Positions 28,479 through 36,475 of a stretch of 59,424 bases of DNA are shown here, piece by piece; the first letter of the stretch is position 1; every line of letters starts with the position of its first letter. Origin of the DNA: a virus (Duplodnaviria; Caudoviricetes); IMG/VR virus record IMGVR_UViG_3300042879_001983, positions 1-59,424 of that record; one strand, 5' to 3'. The notes under the pieces were generated by a model that did no database searches, was not told where the DNA came from, and was given only the letters and a program-made list of their open reading frames with translations. Position numbers and translations under genes: made by a program.

Positions 28479-28690
28479 AGTTGGGATAATTTTGCAAACT
28501 CATTAACAGAAAAGAAAGCACATAAAATTAGAACATCATAGAGTTTTAATTTGATTGCAAATGGTATTGTGAGTGCGCCACCAACAAACTTTACCAATAA
28601 CCCATATTTAAAATCCCCCCATAACATGATTTGATAACCAACTATGAGAAGAATATTTCCAAGATATCTTAAGACACTTGTTTTAGACAT
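28457..28690 (-). CDS. Small multi-TM protein
   Basis: 77 aa, about three hydrophobic segments. Confidence 0.65.
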   Translation of the reverse strand: MSKTSVLRYLGNILLIVGYQIMLWGDFKYGLLVKFVGGALTIPFAIKLKLYDVLILCAFFSVNEFAKLSQLFLVQSN

Positions 28691-28743
28691 AAGGGGTTTG
28701 CTCCCGACCAGGGCAAGTTTTAAGTCATTCCGAGACTATTTAA

Positions 28744-28992
28744 CTAATCCCAATCCTGAAGATCATCAGGATCGACATAACAAGGAACACGATCAGGATC
28801 TAACCATTTCGCATATTCAATATCTTCCATTGCAGTAGTGCATTGTAGACCGTTATCAAAAAGATAAATGTCATTCCAGCGTTTAGTGTATTCATTTTGC
28901 TTTTGCAAGCGATAATCGGGTTTACCGTTAATTTCAAGAATACCCGCTTCAATAAAGCGATACCCTTCACGCTCTAGAAGAATTTTAGTCAT
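28744..28992 (-). CDS. Hypothetical protein
   Basis: 82-aa ORF, ATGA overlap. Confidence 0.75.
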   Translation of the reverse strand: MTKILLEREGYRFIEAGILEINGKPDYRLQKQNEYTKRWNDIYLFDNGLQCTTAMEDIEYAKWLDPDRVPCYVDPDDLQDWD

Positions 28993-29204
28993 GCAACTTC
29001 AACTGATTCAAGATCTGCAGCAATGTAATCGAGGAGCATTTCATAGTCATCAAGAGGATCACCAGAGAATACTACACCTTCATTTTCATAAAAGCGACGA
29101 ACTTTTTTATAAAGTTTCGGATTCTTTACATCAAGATAAAATTCGCCGTTTGCAGCACCCTTAAGGGTTTGAACATCTTTCTTGAATTTTGCTGTAAGAG
29201 TCAT
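28989..29204 (-). CDS. Hypothetical protein
   Basis: Start at MTLTAK; TTGACT-17-TATAAT promoter upstream. Confidence 0.75.
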   Translation of the reverse strand: MTLTAKFKKDVQTLKGAANGEFYLDVKNPKLYKKVRRFYENEGVVFSGDPLDDYEMLLDYIAADLESVEVA

Positions 29205-29280
29205 TGTTTTGAATGTTGACCTTGTTATTATAAGGGTTTGACTTATGAAAGTCAAGTAGGACAGTTTCGGATCTGTCCAG

Positions 29281-29353
29281 TGCTCCTTGCGTGGATCGAA
29301 CACGCCTTAGGCGAATTATGAGTTCGCTGCATTCACCAGATTGCTAAAGGAGC
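29281..29353 (-). tRNA. tRNA with CAU anticodon (Met or Ile2)
   Basis: Cloverleaf; GCGAA-CTCATAA-TTCGC; TTCGATC loop. Confidence 0.9.
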
Positions 29354-29427
29354 ATTCGCTATTCGCAAATAGCGAATGGAGGATTTACCCAGCCTCAGAT
29401 TTCTCTTCACAGGCACGGAACCTCCAA

Positions 29428-29499
29428 TAGGACTGCGGAGAATTGAACTCCGTTCACACCGTTATAAGCAGTGGGCCTTAACCCATAGGCGACAGTCCC
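29428..29499 (-). tRNA. tRNA-Ile(UAU)
   Basis: Cloverleaf; CACTG-CTTATAA-CGGTG. Confidence 0.9.
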
Positions 29500-29505
29500 A
29501 AAAAA

Positions 29506-29685
29506 TTATGGGGCATCATTGTTTAGTTCGGTGTGTATTCGTATGACTTCTTCAACTTCTTCGTTATGTGGAACTATTACTGCATCACCATATTCACTAG
29601 TAATCAAAAAAGATTCTCCGTTTTCTACTCTGTCCATGAGGTTATCGAAATTAGATTGAAATTCTTCTACAGTAAATTTTTCCAT
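29506..29685 (-). CDS. Phd/YefM antitoxin-like protein (59 aa), missing from ORF track
   Basis: MEKFTVEEFQSNFDNLMDRVENGESFLITSEYGDAVIVP, acidic tail. Confidence 0.65.
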   Translation of the reverse strand: MEKFTVEEFQSNFDNLMDRVENGESFLITSEYGDAVIVPHNEEVEEVIRIHTELNNDAP

Positions 29686-29705
29686 TTAAAAAAATAAAAT
29701 GTAAG

Positions 29706-29779
29706 TCGGGGTGATAGGATTTGAACCTACGACCGCCCGCTCCCAAAGCGGATGCGCTACCAAACTGCGCTACACCCCG
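29706..29779 (-). tRNA. tRNA-Pro(UGG)
   Basis: CGGGGTG acceptor stem; TTTGGGA loop. Confidence 0.95.
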
Positions 29780-29797
29780 TTTTTGTTGACTTGATTA

Positions 29798-30055
29798 TTA
29801 TACCACAGTGGCGGGTGAACTTGCAACCGCTTCTTCCATAAAGAAACGACTTACTTCATCAAATGTATTAAATGTTTTCACCTGATCTTCAAACTCCACC
29901 CACCAAACTACATCATTTACTGAAACATTATTAATATCAGTATTTGCATTTTCATCTTTGGGAATTGCTTCAATAACCATATGAGTATGCTCTCCGTGCT
30001 TTTTCTCTGCAGCAAGAGCAAGATTAAAAATAGGTACTTCTGATAATAAAGTCAT
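29798..30055 (-). CDS. Hypothetical protein
   Basis: 85-aa ORF. Confidence 0.65.
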   Translation of the reverse strand: MTLLSEVPIFNLALAAEKKHGEHTHMVIEAIPKDENANTDINNVSVNDVVWWVEFEDQVKTFNTFDEVSRFFMEEAVASSPATVV

Positions 30056-30145
30056 TGGTTAATCTTTTAATTTAACAATTATTTAACGTATTTAGTTTGG
30101 ATATGCATTACTAATTCTCTAAACTAGAAATGAGCAAATTAGTCA

Positions 30146-30367
30146 CTAGTATCCTCTCCAAGTTTTAAATTCGTAATAAAAATATTGGTCTAAAGTCATG
30201 CTGTCTAACGGAGCATTTTCAGTTCTATATGCCCATACTTCACAGAATTCTACGATACGACGATCATGTAAAGAACTATGTCCCCACATTCTTACAAATG
30301 CTGATGCGGCAAAATGATACCGCTGTCTAATGTGCGGTTCCGTTTCCTTTATACTTTTCGGTATCAT
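30146..30367 (-). CDS. Hypothetical protein
   Basis: 73-aa ORF. Confidence 0.6.
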   Translation of the reverse strand: MIPKSIKETEPHIRQRYHFAASAFVRMWGHSSLHDRRIVEFCEVWAYRTENAPLDSMTLDQYFYYEFKTWRGY

Positions 30368-30449
30368 AATACCCCCCTTTTGTTCCGAAATAAAGAGTTG
30401 TTAATATGAAAGGAACTGAAACAAATAAAAGTGCTTTTGCTAATAACAT
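30327..30449 (-). CDS. ndhP: NDH-1 small subunit NdhP homolog (40 aa), missing from ORF track
   Basis: MLLAKALLFVSVPFILTTLYFGTKGGYYDTEKYKGNGTAH; TM helix plus NdhP-type tail; TGATG overlap with PTOX. Confidence 0.8.
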   Translation of the reverse strand: MLLAKALLFVSVPFILTTLYFGTKGGYYDTEKYKGNGTAH

Positions 30450-30949
30450 CAGATCATCTCCATTGCTCGTTCTAGTTCAATATAATGATTCATTTCATCC
30501 ACTGCGATCTCTACAATCTTCGCATCATCCTGATGATCCCAGAAGTAATCTAGGTATGTTTCTGTTGCATGAAACTCAATACCTGAGTTCAGATGATAAG
30601 CGAAAACAGGAGCAAGAAAATAATAACCCACCATAATCCAATAATAGATGAGAACCAAATGATAAGCGAAAAAACGATCAACCCAGCGGTCTGCTCCGCC
30701 ACGCGACTCCATTTCTCTGAGGTGTTCGGTTTCATTGATTGTTTGAGCAAAGTGTTCTTTCATCAGGTAGTAGTGTTCTTCTGTTCGGAGACCTAGTGAT
30801 TCTCTGAGATGAAGAACACTGAGAAACGCGAAGTAAGGTGCTCTGGCGATTGTTTCCAGAACCCAGAATCTTTGGATTGGTAGATCACGGTAAAGAAAGT
30901 CAATGATGGCTACCGTGATTGATAGAACTACATCATTAAACTTTCTCAT
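30449..30949 (-). CDS. ptox: Plastoquinol terminal oxidase
   Basis: RFWVLETIARAPYFAF, NETEHL, EFHATETY, DEMNH. Confidence 0.95.
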   Translation of the reverse strand: MRKFNDVVLSITVAIIDFLYRDLPIQRFWVLETIARAPYFAFLSVLHLRESLGLRTEEHYYLMKEHFAQTINETEHLREMESRGGADRWVDRFFAYHLVLIYYWIMVGYYFLAPVFAYHLNSGIEFHATETYLDYFWDHQDDAKIVEIAVDEMNHYIELERAMEMI

Positions 30950-31824
30950 AGGAATACTCCTGGTTTGTAATCGACCAATTTCTGAATCTCACCAAGAAGT
31001 GCTCCATACTCTTTAAACTTTCGGTCTCCAGCAATATGATGTCTTTGTCTTACCCATACTGCATCTGCAAGGAGACGCAATTCATACTCTGAAAAATCTT
31101 TGAATCTTTCCATAATGTCTCCTAATGTTGTGGATATGCGTGTGTAAGACCCCAGTAAATAAAGGTTCCAATCGCACCGAAAAGTAAAATTGACGATATG
31201 AATGTTTTAGTCATTTTCTTCGTCCTCATAGGTAGATGGTTCTTCAAATAACTCATCCATTTTTTGTCTTAAAACTATTTCTCGTAATTCTTGTAAGTCT
31301 TCTTCTGTAATCGTTATCATTTGTCTCTAAGTAGTTCCTCTATTCTTTTACGCATTGTTGTGCTATCTTGTTTCATATAGTCACGTAAAGAATAACCACG
31401 CTGATTTCTTATGATACAAGTTCCTTGATAGAACATTGTGGCGGCAAATACCAATAGTAGGACGATGCCTATTATTTCAGGGTAATGTTGAGCCATGGTA
31501 GAAGTGGTGGAATAACTCCAATCAACCTCAAAAGTCCCTCAGCAAATAAAGCAAGAACCACCCAACCAACGCACATACTAATGATAGAAGCATTACGGTT
31601 GTGTCGTCGTATTGCGGCATCAATCATCTCCTGAACTTCAGAATGTGTTGCATAATCATCATCAAATGGTTCCATCATTTCTCATCTCCAAGAAACTTTG
31701 CAAGAGGATCTTTGTGGGTTTTGACTATTTCAACTGCTCTCTTGTAGAACATATTATTTGTGTTCCCAGAGGCTTCAAAAGTCTCCTTGATCTTCACCCA
31801 ATTATCGTAGGTGTGCTGATCCAT
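30946..31824 (-). other. Run of six small closely packed or overlapping ORFs (about 30-68 aa), several with TM segments
   Basis: e.g. 30946-31113, 31472-31678, 31675-31824, with start/stop overlaps leading into PTOX. Confidence 0.55.
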
Positions 31825-31936
31825 GGGGTTGAGGTTGAATACTACTAGTTATGCTAGTGAGTGTTCTTAGACTGTCAAGTTTGTGTTGGTTTCAAGAAAG
31901 TGTTTAAGACAATCTTAAATTCTGTAATATTTGTAA

Positions 31937-32021
31937 CGGAAGCGGTAGGATTTGAACCCACGAATGCTTTCACATTGCCTGTTTTCAAGACAGGTGCCTT
32001 AAACCACTCGGCCACGCTTCC
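31937..32021 (-). tRNA. tRNA-Ser(UGA)
   Basis: CCTGT-CTTGAAA-ACAGG; long variable arm. Confidence 0.95.
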
Positions 32022-32026
32022 AGGTT

Positions 32027-32278
32027 TTAACGAATTTCAAAATCAAGTTTTCTGACTTTACGCTTACGTCTCGCTTCTTGAAAGGCAAGATCTTCGTTAG
32101 AAAGAATACCTGTTTTTGTATTCGTATTTATTGAGTTTAACATGACTACACGAGATAAGTCAACAGCAGAAATAATTCCGCCACGAATAGTAGTCATATT
32201 AGAACATCCACAAGTTACCGTCTTTGTGGAATTTCCAGTTAATTCTCTATTGCAATCCTTGCATCTTACTGAAATCAT
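32027..32278 (-). CDS. Hypothetical Zn-ribbon protein
   Basis: CKDC and CGC motifs. Confidence 0.7.
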   Translation of the reverse strand: MISVRCKDCNRELTGNSTKTVTCGCSNMTTIRGGIISAVDLSRVVMLNSINTNTKTGILSNEDLAFQEARRKRKVRKLDFEIR

Positions 32279-32293
32279 TGTTCTTCATCCTTA

Positions 32294-32728
32294 TCACTGT
32301 AAATGTGATCTTAACATCCATACAAATTTACCATGAGACTCCATTAAATCTTGAACTAAATTCGCAGTTGCATACGATTTTTGCTCTTCTGCTTCTTCTG
32401 AAATCTCAGACATTAACTCACAAAATTTAGTATTATTTTCAAGAAGTTCTTGGAGCATTTCTTTTGCACCAGTTGAACTTGCCGCTTCTTTAATTTGCGT
32501 AACCTCAAGCATTCTTGAAAGAGAACTCAGAGGTTTAACATTTAAGTATCTCATGTGTTCAGAGAGTCTATCAATCTCTTCAAACATAGTTTCATATTGT
32601 CCACCAAAAAGTTGATGTAGTTGGGTAAAATCTTCACCAACTACATTCCAATGAAACGCCCAAGTTTTATGAAACAACACAAAAAGTGATGACTGAGCAT
32701 CACTTAAGAGTTTGAATAATTTTTCCAT
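32294..32728 (-). CDS. dps: Dps ferritin-like protein
   Basis: FHWNVVG..FTQLHQLF...IDRLSE; start at MEKLFK. Confidence 0.92.
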   Translation of the reverse strand: MEKLFKLLSDAQSSLFVLFHKTWAFHWNVVGEDFTQLHQLFGGQYETMFEEIDRLSEHMRYLNVKPLSSLSRMLEVTQIKEAASSTGAKEMLQELLENNTKFCELMSEISEEAEEQKSYATANLVQDLMESHGKFVWMLRSHLQ

Positions 32729-32756
32729 TATACTCTTTTTTGAGTATTTATGCAAG

Positions 32757-32828
32757 TGGGCGATGACGGGATCGAACCGCCGACATACTCGGTGTAAACG
32801 AGGCACTCTACCGCTGAGTTAATCGCCC
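32757..32828 (-). tRNA. tRNA-Val(UAC)
   Basis: Cloverleaf; TTTACAC loop. Confidence 0.95.
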
Positions 32829-32959
32829 AAATGCCTAGGAAGGGTAACCCTCAACCAACGGAGGACCCCAGAACTAGGCAACGAACGGGGGTGATCAAGT
32901 CCCCGACCTAAGTAAACTTAGGATTTAGAGGAAGTCCCAGACATTTCCAGTCCTTCCAA

Positions 32960-33031
32960 CTCCACAACCTGGGATCGAACCAGGGACCAGTCGATTAACA
33001 GTCGAATGCTCTACCGCTGAGCTATTGTGGA
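32960..33031 (-). tRNA. tRNA-Asn(GUU)
   Basis: Cloverleaf; CTGTTAA loop. Confidence 0.95.
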
Positions 33032-33375
33032 ATAAGTATTTCGTGATGTATTTCTCTATGACAATTGGCACAGAGTAAATCACATTTATCAAGTTCTGCA
33101 GTTAACTTATCTTTTGAAACTAATCGCATTTTTTGCCAAACAAATTCTTTTTCTTTGGGATTTCTATGATGAAATTCTAAAGCACCATAGTATTTGGAAT
33201 AACCACATACTTGACACTTTCCACCTTTGTATTGAATAGCATCAAGTTTTCGTTGTTTCCAACGATCTTGAAATATTCTATTCATACAAGTCTTGCAATA
33301 TGATTGAAGTCGTTTGCCCTTTTTATAAGCATTGTCTTCGTTTAATTCAATTTTGCAAGTAGAACAGGTTGACAT
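33022..33375 (-). mobile_element. HNH endonuclease gene within the tRNA array
   Basis: CQVCG..LEFHH..LLCANCHREIH. Confidence 0.85.
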
Positions 33376-33414
33376 TTTATTTTATATTTGGATAATATTA
33401 TTTATACTATCCAA

Positions 33415-33488
33415 CGGGCTAGGCTGGATTCGAACCAGCGACTCACGCTTTAGAAGAGCGTTACTCTATTCCACTGAGTTACTAGCCC
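33415..33488 (-). tRNA. tRNA-Arg(UCU)
   Basis: ACGCT-CTTCTAA-AGCGT. Confidence 0.95.
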
Positions 33489-33592
33489 ATAAGTAGGTTC
33501 CTATCGCCGCCACTCCTGAACCTACTGAAGGGGAGTACCGCAGTTGATTTTCAACTCTCATATCATAGCAGACGGTGGTTTGATCGTCAAGG

Positions 33593-33674
33593 TGGGCAGG
33601 ACTGGATTTGAACCAGTGAAGGCAGAGCCGTCTGATTTACAGTCAGATTCCTTTAACCACTCGGAAACCTACCC
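33593..33674 (-). tRNA. tRNA-Tyr(GUA)
   Basis: TCTGA-CTGTAAA-TCAGA; variable arm. Confidence 0.95.
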
Positions 33675-33689
33675 GATGTCTTTATTGTA

Positions 33690-34103
33690 TCAATCCTTTG
33701 GGCAATCGTCAACCCATACAGCACAGATTCTCATTTCTCCACCAAGTAATCTCGATTCTCCAGTTTGAAGATTAGAGTCTATCGGTTTCTCAGAATATCT
33801 TGGTTTATATTTTTTATCTGCTTCACGAATGATACGATCATATTCTGGAGTCACTTCATTCAGTGCTCGATCTACATCTCTCTTAATTCTCCTCTCTAAT
33901 TTCTCAGGATCTTTAAGTACAAACTCATTAAGAATCGTTTGCGGGAAATATTTTCTTTGAATCTCGTCCAGTAAATCCCAAAGTCCATTTTCAGATACTC
34001 CAGTACATTGTGAGAGTGCTGCAATAATAGAAGATAATACAATCCCTATAATTGCGTATTGTTTTATATCTGGTTTCTTTTTACCAAAGTTAAAGTTAAA
34101 CAT
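33690..34103 (-). CDS. Hypothetical membrane-anchored protein
   Basis: N-terminal TM segment followed by Cys. Confidence 0.7.
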   Translation of the reverse strand: MFNFNFGKKKPDIKQYAIIGIVLSSIIAALSQCTGVSENGLWDLLDEIQRKYFPQTILNEFVLKDPEKLERRIKRDVDRALNEVTPEYDRIIREADKKYKPRYSEKPIDSNLQTGESRLLGGEMRICAVWVDDCPKD

Positions 34104-34138
34104 AGGGGAGTTATGCACTCCCCCGTATTTATCCTAGA

Positions 34139-34792
34139 TTAGGAATTTTTAGTTTCAACCTCTACCGTGATCAGTCGGGACGCATAATCATGAGCATACG
34201 AAGTGCGGGCACCATGATACCCCCAACCAATCCAACTATACGCATAGTCCATGTAACGATTGATAGACTTACCAGGAGTTTTCATCCTATCTTCAATTCG
34301 TTGCCATTGAACCTCAGTCGTTAGATAACGAAGTTGCGTATGAAGTGATGATGGCGAACCACCATACTTCTTAGCAAAATCACCCAATCCATAATAACGG
34401 TCGGCAGATGTCCATTGAATCAGTCCGTAACCGCGGCCGCAGTTACTCCAACTGGTTCTGCTACCACCTTCACAAATGTTAGGAATAAAAGTTGATTCCT
34501 GACGAATGTTACCCATGATGGTAGCAAGGGCGTTTCTGTCTTTAATACCACGATCCTGGAAAAATACCAGGGTAGCATTCTCATGTTCATTACACCCTTT
34601 ACAAATTAGCCTTTTCTCTTTTGGCTTTTCGGGAGCAACCTCGCGGATTGCTGTCTTTGATGTAGGCTCCTCCTGAATAATTGCGAAAGGTGGATTATTC
34701 ACAGGTGGAGGAGGAAACACTGAAGGCAGTGTTGCCGTACTGGTTGTAACCGTTGCCATAAGAGGCAGGGCTACTGTAAAGAAATTTTGCAT
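34139..34792 (-). CDS. Phage tail-tip lysozyme-like (Phage_lysozyme2) protein
   Basis: ATIMGNIRQES, GYGLIQWT; signal-like N-terminus and Pro-rich linker. Confidence 0.8.
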   Translation of the reverse strand: MQNFFTVALPLMATVTTSTATLPSVFPPPPVNNPPFAIIQEEPTSKTAIREVAPEKPKEKRLICKGCNEHENATLVFFQDRGIKDRNALATIMGNIRQESTFIPNICEGGSRTSWSNCGRGYGLIQWTSADRYYGLGDFAKKYGGSPSSLHTQLRYLTTEVQWQRIEDRMKTPGKSINRYMDYAYSWIGWGYHGARTSYAHDYASRLITVEVETKNS

Positions 34793-34958
34793 TAACTCCG
34801 ATTGAACTCTACATCCTAATAGAGAAAGCGCACTTCCCCTTTCTCAAGGGGCAATCTCCTAGGCTCTAAATGTCACTTCAATGACTCATTATTAAAAAAC
34901 CCACCGAATTCGATGGGTTATGTACATAATAAGTTAATATTTAGGATTTGTCAAGAAA

Positions 34959-35135
34959 TCAGTCCTCTGGTTCCAAAGACAAGATGTTGATCTCGTCACT
35001 TTCAGGTTCAATCCATTCACGAAACTCATCGTAAATTGCTTTAGCATTAGCACTATTAATAGGTTTAATCAAACTAATTGTTTCAATAGACCAATCACGG
35101 ATATCTGAAACAATATCCTCAGTCGTTACAGTCAT
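34959..35135 (-). CDS. Hypothetical acidic protein
   Basis: Start at MTVTTED. Confidence 0.6.
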   Translation of the reverse strand: MTVTTEDIVSDIRDWSIETISLIKPINSANAKAIYDEFREWIEPESDEINILSLEPED

Positions 35136-35562
35136 AATAATCTTTTCGGAAGTACCTGTTAAGGATGTTGCTATTGTAGTACCTTGGTCTTCCGTCGTCA
35201 AGAGATTCTGTAAGGACGTTGTGGGCAAAGAGTTGTCTTGTTTCTTCAAAGTTAGTTTTGCCCTTTGTTTTATGTAATGATAAAATAGTGCGCGTAAAAT
35301 TCTCCCTACCATATTTTTTCACATCTTCTTTGAGTTCTGGACAAGATCCATAATAGCATTTCCAGTCAGACTCTGCTTTAACCTTTCTAGATTTTCCCTT
35401 CGGTGTTCGGAAACTCCAGAAATATTTTCTACCAATGTAATCACGCCCAGTTTGATTGCAGTGAATGTGATAAACAAAACCAAAATAATCTTGAATATCA
35501 TCTGAATTAAAATATTTTCCCTTATACGTCCAAGGATTTTCATAGTCAATATCTATACTCAT
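35119..35562 (-). CDS. GIY-YIG-family nuclease-like protein
   Basis: GFVY...YIGRK, YYGS, YYNSNI. Confidence 0.75.
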   Translation of the reverse strand: MSIDIDYENPWTYKGKYFNSDDIQDYFGFVYHIHCNQTGRDYIGRKYFWSFRTPKGKSRKVKAESDWKCYYGSCPELKEDVKKYGRENFTRTILSLHKTKGKTNFEETRQLFAHNVLTESLDDGRPRYYNSNILNRYFRKDYYDCND

Positions 35563-35707
35563 CAAGAATATCAAGAACTTCGTTGAGATATTTATGAGCA
35601 AGTCCTTTCATATCCATTTCTGGACGAATGTGCTCTATATTAAGTTGATGTTTCAATCTTAAAATGCGAACCTTAAGTTCTTCCTTTGTTATTTGATTTT
35701 TAGCCAT
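35546..35707 (-). CDS. 53-aa hypothetical protein
   Basis: MAKNQITKEELKVRILRLK...; overlaps the next start. Confidence 0.55.
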   Translation of the reverse strand: MAKNQITKEELKVRILRLKHQLNIEHIRPEMDMKGLAHKYLNEVLDILDEYRY

Positions 35708-35915
35708 AAAAAAAGAGGAGGCAATTCCTCCTCTATGTATGCTACTCTTCGGTATTTTTACTTATCCAAATATAAGAATAGTCATGATCTCCGAACAAAT
35801 AATCATCATATTCTGCTGCTTCTTTAAAAGCATTTAAAAGTTCTTGCTCACACCATTCATCATAATTGGAATCCTGCGAAAGTATTTTTGGTTTCATAAT
35901 AAAAACTAAAATAGA

Positions 35916-36461
35916 TTAACCGATAATAGAGTTTCTCCACTCTTCACTCATATTCACCATAATGACTTCTGCTGCTTCTTGAGTATCAGCATAACCTTCA
36001 TCAAGAAGATGCGAGAGAATGATGTCGTAGAGGTCATAACTTTCATCAACATCTCTTGTATTTGGAACAGACTTACCTGCTCTTCTTGCTGCTTTGTTTC
36101 CTGCTCCCCTATCTCTAGTTGGACCAGCATTGCCCGCCCAATATGCTGCGTTTTTAGCACGATTAGGACCTTTTCCAACTCTTTCGTCAGCAGGAGCATT
36201 TGTTCCACCACGACTTCTTACTGGATTTCCCTTTGACCCAGTTTCACCACTTCCATGAAGGAGATGAAATGCTTGCTTACTCCTTTCCGAAGGATACTTG
36301 CTACGTGGATTTTCTCCCTTTGAGGCGTCACCTTTTCTTCCTTTATCAGTATCCATTATAGCACGAAGTTTCTTTCTGCTTTCAGGATTTCTGATTGCTT
36401 CATCAAGTTCATAAACCTGACTATAAGCTTCTTGGAGATTGCGAAGTTCCTGTGCGTCCAT
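35916..36461 (-). CDS. Hypothetical protein, possible head-internal family
   Basis: LQEAYSQVY N-terminus; DLYDIILSHLLDEGYA C-terminal domain. Confidence 0.7.
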   Translation of the reverse strand: MDAQELRNLQEAYSQVYELDEAIRNPESRKKLRAIMDTDKGRKGDASKGENPRSKYPSERSKQAFHLLHGSGETGSKGNPVRSRGGTNAPADERVGKGPNRAKNAAYWAGNAGPTRDRGAGNKAARRAGKSVPNTRDVDESYDLYDIILSHLLDEGYADTQEAAEVIMVNMSEEWRNSIIG

Positions 36462-36475
36462 TTTATGAATACTTT

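Noticed and set aside
29204-29303. Longer start for ORF 28989-29303
   Set aside because: The extension runs through a promoter and a tRNA
32729-32806. Longer start for Dps
   Set aside because: Overlaps tRNA-Val
29354-33545. HDV-like (theta) ribozymes after tRNAs
   Set aside because: I could not build the P3/L3 and P1.1 elements in any spacer
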